64,000 nt of DNA from Eledone cirrhosa. Lineage: Eukaryota. Positions 39,611 to 52,036 of the stretch are shown here, one piece after another. The position numbers were made by a program, and so were the translations under genes. Every line of letters starts with the position of its first letter. Position 1 is the stretch's first letter. The notes under the pieces were generated by a model. It saw only the letters and a program-made list of their open reading frames with translations. It ran no database searches and was not told the DNA's origin. The stretch lies in assembly GCA_964016885.1 (NCBI GenBank), contig OZ024743.1, forward strand, positions 96,720,001 to 96,784,000, in the 5' to 3' direction.

Positions 39611-40438
39611 AGCTTCTCTCCATTTACTTTCATCTCAATTATTTCTCCCACCTTCTTGACTCTGATTTTTCACTTTACTACATAAACTGGACAGTTTATC
39701 TTATCTACCTATTCATGCTATGCTCTTCTGCCTATTACACATTATATCACATTTTCTCTTGACATATAAATTAAATGGATATTATTTTTGGTCCTTCTAC
39801 TTCTGCTTGTCTGTTTCCTTGTCTTCATTTTCTCTTGAATCTATTTGTTGTGGCTATCTAAGGGCCTATATCTATATTTACCAATCTTATATCCTAAACA
39901 TATACTTATGTGATCTGTTGACAAAGATATCTCTCACTCTCTCTTTTTTCTCTCTTCTTTCCCCACTCTCTCTTTACTCATTTCCTTTGTCACATTTTCT
40001 ACTCCTTCCTTTCATCTCTTTCTCTTTTATTCGTACCCTCCCATCACCTGCCTACCTCCATCTATGCCTTGTTCTCTCTCTCCCCTTCAATGTGATTGGC
40101 TATTTCAATTCATCTAATACACCATAGGCATTTAATGGTTTGCTATGGCTAAAAGTCATAGTAAGCTGACAAGAGCCATTTTATGATGATATTTATAGAG
40201 TCAATCTCACTGTGTCCATCTTCTGTTCCTGTTCTTTGTTTTGTAGCTTGTAGTTGACATGATTCTTTAACCCTTGGCAAAATGTTTTGAAACATTCCAT
40301 ACTAAGTACCCTTCAATATTCTTTACAAAACATCCCAAATAATCTTTCCTTCCTTAAACTACAACCCACTGGAAGTCTTCCACTCTCCCATCTTTCCTTT
40401 ACTGACATCAATTCTTAACATTTGAGCTAAACATCAAT

Positions 40439-41370
40439 TACCATATATACTCGAATATAATCCAATCCCAATATAAGTTGACTCCTATTTTATGTTTGAG
40501 AAATGGGCTAAAATCTAAACCCAGTATATCAGACAGATATCAACATTCATTAGTAGAGAATATATTTACGAAGTTTTTGTATTTTGATATTTAAAATATT
40601 TTAAGTATCATTTAGAGTATAGTTTTTGTTTCACCACTACATTAAATAATGTTTTTACCATTTCATCTGTTATATAAAGTTTCAAGTTTCTCGAATATCT
40701 GTTTACTTCTGGCTACTTCTTGCGTTCTTTAGCAGACAACAATAGTGCCATCTCCTGAATGTAACCATTTTTCATTTAATAAACACATCAATTGAAATGC
40801 ATGCATTAAAAAAACTTGGAAAACATTTAATGTTGTACAAGTATTAAAACTTTAAGTAGATTTTTACAATTTTACATATCTCATGCTAGCATGCCCCCAT
40901 ACAAATAATTTTGGGCCGTATTGAAAGCCATATTTATTGAAAACACATAAAAATACAATAGAAGAAACAAATTTCATGACCAAAGTAAAACCAGTGTAAT
41001 ACATACCTCCAAACCCAAGACCTGCATGGGTGCCTCCAACCCCACTGTTACCTTGAAAACAAATAATGTGAGTGAATACATGTGTGTGTGAGTGTATATG
41101 TAGAGGATATTTATGTATTAAAACGTTCAAATTATAAACATTTGAGGGAATGTTTTCAAGAGAATACACAAATAACACTTTTGATAATGTAGTAAATGTA
41201 GAAAGTAGTGTTTCATTGTAAAATAATCACTCCCAATATTTTAGCACCTTATTTACATAGAATTTGCAGTTGATGAAAATCAACAATATATTGATGTTGA
41301 ATATAAGCCGACCCAGTTTACCATTGATTTTTCTGTCACATATTTCGTGGCTTATATAGAGTATATAACG
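40439..41370. mobile_element. Old non-autonomous DNA transposon (Tc1/mariner/pogo-like TIRs)
   Basis: Left ccatatatactcgaatataatcc, right ggcttatatagagtatataacg (imperfect inverted). Subterminal aatataagttgac/aatataagccgac repeats. Confidence 0.5.
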
Positions 41371-41498
41371 CACAATAGTCTTATAAGTTTTTCAGTCCTT
41401 CAAAGTTGTGGGCACTGTCTCTTTAATTCCTGATAGCTACTCCCCATTGAGAAGATTGGAATTTTCAGTTTCATCAATGCCACACTGGAAGAAATAAT

Positions 41499-41683
41499 TG
41501 TTTCTACTTTTGGCACAAGGCCAGCAATTATCCAGTACATTACTGGTACTTTATTTTATCGACCCCGTAAGGATGAAAGGCAAAGTTAACCTCGGCAGGA
41601 TTTGAACTCAGATCGTAAAGGGACGTAACTATGCTGCAAAGCATGGCGTCCGACTCTCTACCGATACTGCCAATTCACTGCCC
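41499..41683 (-). mobile_element. ATT-tail SINE, full length
   Basis: Near-perfect TSD ctggaagaaa(a)taat on both sides, high identity to 6982-7167. Confidence 0.9.
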
Positions 41684-41973
41684 CTGGAAGAAATAATATC
41701 TATTAAATAGCAGAACTTTCTGTGACTTTTTCTGTTTTCTTTTTTTATTCTGTGTTAATCTGGTTTACAATAGACACACCATATCTCTACATATCACAAG
41801 AGGCTACTAAATGGGTTAGCACAAGCGTCCAGCTGTAAAACATTGCCTCAAAAAGGACACCATGATGATAATAAAGCCGTTCATGGGGTCCAGAAATCCC
41901 ATCTTATTTGTTGTTCTTATCCTTAATTATTTTTTAAATTATATTTCCTCATTTTAATTTCTTCATCCATTAA

Positions 41974-42145
41974 CCCTTTAGTATTTAAACCGGCCATATC
42001 TGGCCAGTATTCTCTCACTGCTTTATGTTCAACACGGCTGTAACCAGCTGCTCATACTGATGTTAAGCTATTGTGAGATAGGTATGTGAAGTAAAGCCTT
42101 TACCAAATATAAAAGTAAATATAGAGTAATGTAAATGCTAATGGG
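41974..42145. mobile_element. TTAA-flanked MITE (internally deleted)
   Basis: ttaa|ccctttagtattt...aaatgctaatggg|ttaa. Confidence 0.8.
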
Positions 42146-42333
42146 TTAATTCAATTCAATTTAATTTTCTTTTTCTCTTCATTTTTAATTAATTATTCTT
42201 TGTCCCTTTTATTGATTAAAAAGAAATCATTAGGAAATGAGATAGTGTTTAATCCAAAGATTAATTAAATAGAAAGTAAACAATTCATAAGTAAATTAAA
42301 CTATGTACCAAACAGATTTGGTACCGTCTGACA

Positions 42334-42694
42334 ATATCACTCTGAAATAAAGCTTATATTACTCCCAAATAAAGCTCATATCACTCCGAAATAAAGCTTA
42401 TATCACTCCCAAATAAAGCTTATATCACTCTGAAATTAAGCTTATATCACTCTGAAATTAAGCTTATATCACTCCCAAATAAAGCTTATATCACTCTGAA
42501 ATAAAGCATATATCACTCCCAAATAAAGCTCATATCACTCTGAAATAAAGCTTATATCACTCTGAAATTAAGCTTATATCACTCCCAAATAAAGCTTATA
42601 TCACTCTGAAATAAAGCTTATATCACTCCCAAATAAAGTTTATATCACCACCCTTGTATCACCACCCTTGCAAACAGGGAAAAGCGGATGTAAA

Positions 42695-42727
<33 letters not shown>

Positions 42728-42882
42728 GTGATCTCTCTGAAATAAAGCTTATATCACTCCCAAATAAAGCTTATATCATTCTGAAATAAAGTTTATATCA
42801 CTCCCAAATAAAGCTTATATCACTCTGAAATAAAGCTTATATCACTCCCAAATAAAGCTTATATCACTCCCAAATAAAGCTT
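42334..42882. repeat. 22-bp minisatellite interrupted by an RTE 3' tail
   Basis: Unit atatcactc(tg/cc)aaataaagctt. Insert at about 42648-42732: cacccttgcaaacagggaaaagcggatgtaaaat(gat)n. Confidence 0.92.
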
Positions 42883-43048
42883 TCTGCTTGAAACGTTAAA
42901 CTTTTCATATTCCTCCAAATCTATTTATTCCATTTTTCAACAACCATCTTGGATCCTATTGTTTATTTCAAAGGGGAGCATTCATACTAAAAGAGAAGGA
43001 AACAGAATTAATCTTGTAGAATTTATTAATATAAAAATGAATATATAT

Positions 43049-43339
43049 TTATGTAATTATCAACATCACCATTTTTATGTCTGTTTTTCCATGGATTAGA
43101 TGGGTTCTTTTCAGTATAGCATCTCTCCAATCACCACGTTCCTTTGTCATCTCTTCTTTGACTCTCAGCGATTTGAAATCAGATTTCACCACTTCTGCCC
43201 AGGTCCTCCTAGGTCTATCTCTTCTACAGCTTCCATCCACTGGGATTTTCTGGCACTTCTTCACCCAGTGATCATCATTCAGGCACATCATATGTCTGTA
43301 CCAATGCATTCTTCTCTCTTGCACACCACTTGAAACCAT
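43049..43339 (-). mobile_element. RTE LINE 3' fragment
   Basis: ERRMHWYRHMM...WVKKCQ...RPRRTWAEVV. Confidence 0.8.
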
Positions 43340-43517
43340 GGAGGTCTATATATAAGTGAAGTTAGATAGAAATGTTTTTTTGTCTATCTTGTTTATACTC
43401 CCAGAATTAGAGTTTTTTCTCATTTAATTTTAATATATAATATATACATATATATATATATATATCATCATCCTTGTAGTTTTAGCATCTGCTTTCCCTG
43501 TTAGCAACACATGTATA

Positions 43518-43593
<76 letters not shown>

Positions 43594-44059
43594 TATATAC
43601 ACATGAGTCGAAGTACCTGACATTGTCTGGGTTAATGAAAATAATGAGATTTTCATTCAAAACTTTTTCTTGGGTATATTTAAAACTTCTAATATAGCTG
43701 TTTTTTTAATGTAACATATCTTTTAGTTGCAATATGATTTCACACTTAATTTCTTTATTCCTTTCACATCTTGTCTGTGCTTAGGTTTCATTGACTAAAT
43801 TCAAATTAAAGGTTCTGATGCATAGTCTTCATGTGGATCGTAACTAAAAGCAGCAAAATTCTGCTTGGCAACCATGCTAAATTGTAGGTCGTAAATGTTT
43901 GATAGAAGAAAAGTGAAATGGACATTTCTTTAAATGTTTACATTATATTTTAAATACTTTTACAAATTATCTCCAGTTGTATTTTTAAATTGTTAACGTG
44001 TTGAATTCAATTGCTTCAAACTCACTAAGTTTTCCATCTTTTTCTTTTTAATTTTTTAG

Positions 44060-44111
44060 ACACCTTGCTTCTGGCCTTCTCGTAGTGGTGAACCAGAGAA
44101 TACTGATTATG
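44060..44111 (+). CDS. RGS7: RGS7-like internal exon (DEP/DHEX junction), 52 bp
   Basis: ttttttag acceptor, gtatgt donor. Encodes TPCFWPSRSGEPENTDY+G (recalled RGS7 TPYFWPSNCWEPENTDY), phase 0 to 1, in frame with both neighbours. Too short for the ORF track. Confidence 0.93.
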
Positions 44112-44286
44112 GTATGTATTTCTTGTGGCTCTTGCCATATTAATTAACCGAGTAATTAATAAGATAAAGGATGACATTCTATGAAATCAAAATTCTCAAC
44201 TAGCTCCCTCTTAACAAATAGAGACTATCTGTTTAAAGTAATAAGACTTAGAAGAAGGTGTATACATGAAGTCTTCTTAATATAAC

Positions 44287-44605
44287 CTTGTCAACACAAT
44301 AAAAATGGGTTGACCACAGGCAAAAGCCTGCCAACACAATAAAAATGGGTTAACCACAGGCAGAAGTCTGTCAACACAATAAAAATGGGTCGACCACAGG
44401 CAGAAGTCTCTCAACACAATAAAATGGGTTAACCATGAGCAGAAGCCTGTCAACACAATAAAAATGGGTTAACCACAGGCAGAAGCCTGTCAACACAATA
44501 TAAATGGGTTAACCACAGGTAGAAGCCTGTCAACACAGTATAAATGGGTTAACCACAGGTAGAAGCCTGTCAACACAATATAAATGGGTTAACCACAGGC
44601 AGAAG
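44287..44605. repeat. 40-bp minisatellite, 8 copies
   Basis: Unit cctgtcaacacaataaaaatgggttaaccacaggcagaag, period 40 (44291, 44331, 44371, 44411). Confidence 0.95.
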
Positions 44606-44812
44606 TAGTGATTAATCAACAGTCTCTGTTCCATAGGTTTGCTCAAGCTGACCTGACCTAGGTAACATTAACTAAGCAAACTGAATTCTATTGCGGCAGT
44701 CACTCAGATGATGTATTATTGCTTCCATTAATGAAGTATGAAACTGCTATAATAGAATTTTCAATTTCAGATTTCATAATTCAGTGTTTTATAAGGATTG
44801 GTGTTATATTAA

Positions 44813-45024
44813 CCCTTTAGCATTTAAACTGGCCATATCCGGCCAGAATTCTCTCACCTTTTTCTGTTCAAACTGGCCGTAACTGGTCACTCATACAGAT
44901 GTTAAGGTATTGTTCTCAAAATAAATAACATCAACATTTCATAGATTCGATATTATGTGAGATAATTACGTTAGATAAAGCCTTTACCACAAAAATACAA
45001 TAGAGTAATGTAAATGCTAAAGCG
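44813..45024. mobile_element. TTAA-flanked MITE
   Basis: ttaa|ccctttagcatttaaac...aaatgctaaagcg|ttaa. Confidence 0.85.
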
Positions 45025-46435
45025 TTAATATTAATGTAAGTAAAACAAAGGCATTGACAATTTCCACATGTTAAAACTGTTGAACTGTTACCAAAAAGAG
45101 ATATCAAACTGTTTGTTAGCATATTTCTCATAAAAGAAGCTGTTTATGATTTTCAAATAATTTTGAAAATAATAAAGAATTTGAAGGGTTTTAGTAATAT
45201 AACTAATTTTAACATTATTAAGTTGGAGTTTAAAACAACTTAATGAAGGTTCTTATATAAAATTATATTTTTTTAGCTAAATATAAATCTTTTAGATGAA
45301 CAGCTTTTGATTCTTGTAACAGCAGAATCATTTTCATGTGGTTAGGTATTAAATGTGTTAATATTGATCAACCTGAAACTACATCGGTTTTTATGATGAA
45401 AACCTGCTTGATTTAAATTCTTTATATTTAAAGTAGTATATTATTCGAATGCTATGACACTGCAAAATGGATGATAGCTCTTGAAATAAATTGAAGGCAA
45501 TAAAGATGTTGGTGTGGCACCTGTTATTTTATTTACCTGTCCAAAATATTAGGTTAAGTATCTGTATGAGTTCATTGACTTCACATAAACACACTGAAGT
45601 CTTCGTGACAACAAAAGGAATTCAATAAAAGAATATGAGAAGTAAAAATATGTACTTACTCAATTTCTTGTAATACTTAGATTGAGAATGTGTGTATTTG
45701 GTTTAGAATAGGCACACTGCATCCCTGCATGTCATATGAGGTGACTGAAAGGGTTGGGACCAGGATGGATATCGAGCTGTTAGGCCTTGCTCCCAGATGG
45801 AAGCCCGTATCATGGAGCCAACAAGACCAACCTCTGCTTTTGCCTTAAAGCGTTTGTTGTTGTTTTGTTGTATTTAGATTGAGAAAATATCACAGAGATT
45901 ATTATAGTTTCTGTGTTTGGAATTATTTGAGTTTTTTCTTTTTTTTTTCTTATGAATTTCTGTGCATAGCAAAATATAAATATAGGCAACAAAGCAGAAG
46001 TGTTAAATAATATTAGGTGAAACTTTGATTATGAAGTCAAGAATCTATTGAATGTAGTTAACAACACAAGAAGCAGAGTTAAATGGGGTGAATAATACTG
46101 AATAATGCAGTAGCTTTGTCTGCGGCTGGGAAAACTAGAAACATTTACTATGGTGTAGAGAGTTCAATCTATTCAACAATGGATATAATAGAGGTAGATC
46201 AAAGAAAAGTGGTGTACAGTAATAGCTATTATATCAAATTACTTTAGATTCACTCATAAAAAAATGAATTCAAAATGTTGTTGTTTTTTCTTACTTTCAT
46301 GCGCTGCATTTATTGAGAAAGATATTCTCAGTTAAATATAGATGTTATATTGTCCATAATAAATTTGATGGCAAGGTAATTAAAAACCAAAAATCTCAGT
46401 CTGAATGTGTTAATCTCAAATTCTGTTTTATTTAA

Positions 46436-46677
46436 CCCTTATGATACCAAACTGCCTGAGACTGCTCCTAGTTCTATGGTACAAAACTGTTTATTATCAA
46501 GTGTCTATATTTATCTGAAAACCTTCCATCATAATTTTATGCAGGAACTTTTCTTAAGTTACACTCCAAAATGAACTTAATGACAAAGTAAGTTATATCG
46601 CTCCAATTTTTTATTATTTTCAAAATTATTTAAAAATCATAGGCAATGTTTTCATTAGAAATATGGTAATGAGAGTG
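46436..46677. mobile_element. Second, older TTAA-flanked MITE family
   Basis: ttaa|cccttatgatacca...tggtaatgagagtg|ttaa. Partial relative at about 16150-16290. Confidence 0.5.
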
Positions 46678-47454
46678 TTAAAGCTGGCTTAGAAAGGATC
46701 ATTGTTATTCTTGATTCAGAATAATTAGCTGAAGGTCTGACACCACCAATTTATAATAAGGTTCTTAGTACTTGGAATAAAAATTCAAACTTGAAAGTTA
46801 TCTTACCAAACCTCATGCAAATATTTAATTTTGATGAATTGTGCAATCAAATATAGCAAAAGAGAAAAATTTGGTAATAAAAACTAATTAGAAAGGCAAA
46901 AGAAAATCATTATGGGACACCATTGAATAATCTATATTATAATATTTATACAATGCTTTTGTCTGTCTGTCACACAGACACTATGCTCTGTCAAAAATGT
47001 TCTGAAATTTTATGTAGTATTCATGAAATGCAAATGTAAGACTCAAAAGGGATGGAGTTTTAAAATGCTTTTATTTATAACCAAAAAAACCTTCTCTACC
47101 AATCATGTTGTCCCCTTCTTTCTCTCTATCTATTTGACTGTCTGTCTCTCTTTCTCTTTATAAATACACTAGCATTAAAGCCCAGCATTGCTCGGGGTCA
47201 TTAAGTTACCAAAGTTAGGTTGCACCACCCATTTTATGGCAGCACTTTTTTGTCTGCCAGGCACTGGGTGAATGAATTGCAGACCTGGAAGCATGAGCTG
47301 CGCCAGCAGTGACAATTGTAGTTTCGCCTATGGATATTATCTCTGTTCAAAAAAGTGTTGAAATTTATTGTTTCACAGTACTTGCGCAACACGCGCGTAG
47401 ACGATGCCAGTCGAACAACAGAGCTGCGATGGAGTTGTTCTGCATGGTTGTCTG

Positions 47455-47675
47455 TGTGTTTTCTAAATTTAAGACAGTAGGGAGGGTTGTGATATGAGGG
47501 AGAGTTAGCTGTTGTTTCTAGCAGGTTTAATGACCTCATAGAAGATATGTTTTCTAAATTTAAGACAGTAGGGAGGGGTGTGATATGGGGGAGAGTTAGC
47601 TGCTGTTTCTAGCAGGTTTAGTAACCTCATAGAGGATATGTGTTTTCTAAATTTAAGACAGTAGGGAGTGGTGTG
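47455..47675. repeat. About 92-bp imperfect tandem repeat (2.3 copies)
   Basis: ttttctaaatttaagacagtagggag recurs at about 47459, 47550 and 47643. Confidence 0.8.
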
Positions 47676-47985
47676 AACGGACAGTATCACCATCAAGCTT
47701 GGAAAGAGAAAGTAGCAGAAAGTATGAAGTTGTATAGATTTTGAATGGTAGTAGAAAGAGTTCAGCAGTTTAAATGAGAGAGAAACATAGTAAAATATTG
47801 AGTTTTATCTATTTTTTGCGTAATTGTGGGTGAAATTGAAAAAATTATCTGCGTCAAGACGCAATCGAAACTATTTCGAGTGCTGAATTGTAAATTTCAA
47901 TTGAAGAAATTCTATATTGTAGATTTCTATAACGAAGGAGCATGACCACACACTGAGCTTTATAGATTATGATACATGTATGTGC

Positions 47986-48058
<73 letters not shown>

Positions 48059-48073
48059 TATGTGTATATTTAT

Positions 48074-48106
<33 letters not shown>

Positions 48107-48111
48107 CAAGG

Positions 48112-50500
48112 CAGATAGTGTCTAATACCAAGGCATACCCTAGGGAAGAATGTACCCCACAGCATAGATTAGTCGTTAGTGATATCTCAGTAAGCAAGAG
48201 ATGGAATGAGACATACAAGAAGGTGTGGAGAAGAAAGGTCTGGAAGCTAAAAGACCTTTCACTAAAATACAAATTTAGGAAAGCCCTTCAAGATGTATAT
48301 GACGAAAAAGAAGACGATTTAGAGACGTATGACATAGATAATAACTGGAATTTCTTACGTGACAACTTGCTGCAGGCTACTGATGAAACTTGTGGCTGGA
48401 GCAGAGCTCCAACCAGACAGAGAGTGACCTGGTGGTGGAACAGCACAGTAGATAAGGCTATTAGAGATAAAAGACTAGCATGGAAGGCTTGGAAAAAGGG
48501 TGGGAGTAGGGAAGAATATACAGCCACTAAGAGAGAAGCTAGACGTCAGGTGTACTTAGCACGCAGGGAGGCAGAGAGTAGGAGGTTTGCCAATGTTCTG
48601 CGATGGGAAGATCAGAGCCGTGCGGTGTTCCACATTGCAAGGCAGTGTGTCAATGCAAATCAGGATGTTGTTGGAGATAAATGTGTCCGGGATGATGCCG
48701 GTGTACTTAGTGTCACGAATGATCAGAAAAAGGAGGCCTGGAAATGTCATTATGAGAAACTGATGAATGTGGAGAACAAATGGGAGAGAGAGAAATTACC
48801 CTTGGTAGATCCGACAGAAGGACCAGCTATTGAGATTTACGAATATAGGGTCCAAGAGGCGATTAGGGAAATGAAAAATGGTAAGGCTGCCGGACCATCA
48901 GGAATAGTTGCTGAGATGCTGAAGGCATCAGGGGACGTAGGCACTAAACTGGTTGCACGCATCATCAATCAGGCTATATTTGGTGGTGTCATACCCAAAG
49001 ACTGGTGCAGCAGTATTCTCATAAATTGCTACAAAGGTAAAGGGGATGCTTTGGAGAGGAGCAATTATAGGGGTATAAAACTGATAGATCAGGTTATGAA
49101 AGTGGCAGAAAGGATCTTAGCACAACTAATTAGAGAAAGGGTCAAACTAGATGAGATGCAGTTTGGTTTTGTGCCTGGGAAGAGTACAACAGATGCCCTC
49201 TTCTTGGTGAGACAATTGCAGGAGAGGTTCTTAGAGAAGAATAAGCCACTATACTTAGCTTTTGTTGACCTAGAGAAGGCCTTTGATAGGGTACCCTGAT
49301 CTGTCATCTGGTGGTCCCTAAGGAAGCTAGGTGTTGAGGAATGGCTTGTGAGGACAGTGCAAACTTTGTACAGAGGTACTCTCAGTAAAGTCGGGGTAGG
49401 AATGGAGTTTAGTGAGGAATTCCAGATAGAAGTAGGAGTACATCAGGGTTTGGTCCTTAGCCTGCTCTTGTTCATTATAGTCCCCCAAGCCATAACCGAG
49501 GAGTTTAAGACTGGTTGTCCATGGGAACTTCTCTATGCTGACGATCTGGTTCTTATAGCAGAATCAGTAGAGGAGCTGGAGAATAAATTCTGGCTATGGA
49601 AACAGCAGTTGGAAGCAAAAGGACTGAGAATGACTCTAGCTAAGACAAAAGTGTTGATGAGTAGAAAAGAGGACAAAACCCTGATTCCGTCAGGGAAATG
49701 GCCATGCTCGATATGCAGAAAAGGAACTGGCATAAATTCTATAAAATGCATACAATGCAGATCCTGGGTACACAAGAGATGTAGCGGGATAGCAGGCAAA
49801 CTAACAGGTAGGGAGAAATATGTATGCAGTAGATGTACAGGGAAATTAGACAGTAGAAGTCGCATTGATAGACACATTTTTCAAATGCAGGAGGGCGCTA
49901 TAGAAGTGGTGGATAGCTTCCGGTACCTAGGAGATCAGATTAGCATGGGAGGAGGGTGTTGGAAGAAGTTTAGGGAGCTGCTTCCTCTGTTGACGAAGAA
50001 GGGTTTCTCCCTGCGTACGAAAGGCTGGTTGTATGATGCCTGTGTGAGGAGTGTGATGCTGCATGGTAGTGAGACATGGGCAGCAACTGCAGAGGATATG
50101 CGACGGCTGGAGAGAAATGAGGCAAGCATGCTCCCTTGGATGTGCAGTGTAAATGTGCGTGAACGACCCAGCATAAATGTGTTGCGAGAGAAACTGTGTC
50201 TGAGAGGGATAGAATGTAGTGTACGGGAGAGGAGACTGAGGTGGTATGGACATGAGATGCGCATGGAGGATGACCGATGGGTGAAGAAGTGCCAGGAATT
50301 GCCAGTTGAGGGAAGACGTGGTAGAGGTAGACCACGAAAAACATGGGCGGAGGTGGTGAGAACAGACCTCAGGTCATTGAAGCTCACGGTGGAGATGACG
50401 AGGGACCGCGATGAGTGGAGAGATGCTGTGCTGAATAAGACCCGTCCCACCCTTGCAAGCAGGGAAAAGCGGACGTAAAATGATGATGATGATGATGATG
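48112..50500 (+). mobile_element. RTE-clade LINE, second 5'-truncated copy
   Basis: ORFs 47980-49299 and 49348-50478 are in one frame split by a CGA>TGA change. (GAT)n tail. Candidate TSD acaagg at 48106-48111 and 50501-50506. Confidence 0.95.
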
Positions 50501-50975
50501 ACAAGGTGTGTCAGAAAAATAACAGGACTTGGTGTGCTGTATGAGCTCTAAGTGGGGTATGGATTAGTGAGTTGTGTCACTGTGTGACATATTATCCATG
50601 GAGTATATAAATGCAATCTCAGCTTTCTGCAGCCATGGTATGTTTTTTCACATGCTTTTGTTAACAGCTCTTTAAGTTTAAGACATCAAGTTTCTGGTCG
50701 GACTGGGGAAAACTCCATCAGAAGCAATCGAAATAATGCAGCAAGTGTGCAGAGATGAGATGATGTTGCGTTCATGAGTTTTGAGTGGCAGAAAACGGTC
50801 AAAGAGGGATGTGAGGACGTGGAAGATGATTCCATGAGTAGAAGGCCTTCAACAAGCATGGCTGAGGCCAATATTGATTGAATGAGGCATTGGTGAATGG
50901 CAATCATCAGCTGAGTGTTTGACTTGCAAGCGAGCGAGGCATGAACTGTGACAGAGTCTGGAAGATTATACCAAA
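50501..50975 (+). mobile_element. Mariner transposon 5' fragment (TIR + HTH region), degenerate
   Basis: IKFLVGLGKTPSEAIEIMQQV...FEW...KEGCEDVEDDSMSRRPSTS from about 50685, a typical mariner N-terminal HTH. Confidence 0.75.
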
Positions 50976-51029
50976 CTGACGATAGCGAGTTTGGATTTTA
51001 CGCCTATCTCCTTTTTTCTGATCAATGAA

Positions 51030-51750
51030 TGCTAAAGCTGGCATATTACTGCACCAGCTTCTGCAATTCTTGCACTAGAGTGTTCCCCTGGCAGCTGGGG
51101 GAATATATTTTACATGTGCTCTTTGTGCTCACTGCCCCTGTGCCACACATAAAATCTATTTTTTCCGTTAGTCTACCTGCAATCTCACTACATCTCTTCT
51201 GTGTCCATAATTTACATTGTGTGCACCTTATGGAATTTCTACCCGCTCCTTTCTGACATATCAAACAAGGCCACTTTCCTGATGGTATCACCTTCCTGTT
51301 TTCTATCCTACTTATTAAGACTTTCATCTTTGCTACATTTATGTTTATGCCTTTCAGCTCTAGGTTCTTCTTCTATGCTTGGAATTTAGCTTATAACTCT
51401 CCTATGGACTCAGCTATGAGGACTTGGTCACAAGCATATAGGAGCTGACATGTTGTGCCAGTTTTGAACTGCTCAGTGATGGCCTGAAGTACAATGATAA
51501 ATAGGAGTCGATTGTGGATAGACCCCTGGTAGACCCCGTCCTGCATTTTAAATTCATCACTGTATGCATTGCCAACTCACACTCTTCTTGCACAACCCTC
51601 ACGAGTCATTCAACTACACCTAGCTTCCTAAGTGTCCACCAGATTATAGAGTGTGGGACCCTGTCAAAGGCTTTCTCTAGATCTACAATTGCTGGATACT
51701 GTGACTTACTGTTAGCTAAATACCTCTCCTGTAGTTGTCTCATAAAAAAG
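51030..51750 (-). mobile_element. Older RTE fragment (RT + zinc finger), antisense
   Basis: GKWPCLICQKGAGRNSIRCTQCKLWTQKRCS, with DLEKAFDRVP on the minus strand near 51660-51685. Confidence 0.85.
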
Positions 51751-51894
51751 AGGGTATCACAAACACAGCATTTTTTAAAATTTGGTGAAGAAACTGAATA
51801 TTATTTATTTCATCAATAAAACCATGAGTTATGTACTTGTATATCAATTATTTATGTATGATATGATATTCATTTTTTTTAATGTTTCTTTCAG

Positions 51895-52036
51895 CTGTCT
51901 ATTTATGCAAAAGAACCATGCAAAACAAACAGCGTTTGGAGCTTGCAGATTATGAAGCTGAGAATTTAGCGCGACTCCAGAAAATGTTTTCTCGTAAATG
52001 GGAATTTATTTTTATGCAAGCGGAAGCACAAGCTAA
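51895..52036 (+). CDS. RGS7: RGS7-like internal exon (DHEX), 142 bp
   Basis: tttcag acceptor, gtatgt donor. Encodes [48 protein letters not shown], phase 1 to 2. Confidence 0.96.

Noticed and set aside
20445-44605. CRISPR-like arrays (26, 22 and 40-bp repeats)
   Set aside because: Units are contiguous with no unique spacers, there are no cas genes, and the context is eukaryotic.
47168-47970. Possible Helitron-like element (actagcattaaagcccagcattgctcggg ... ctgagctttatagat)
   Set aside because: The ends only loosely resemble non-autonomous rolling-circle elements, and there is no second copy in the window to define boundaries.
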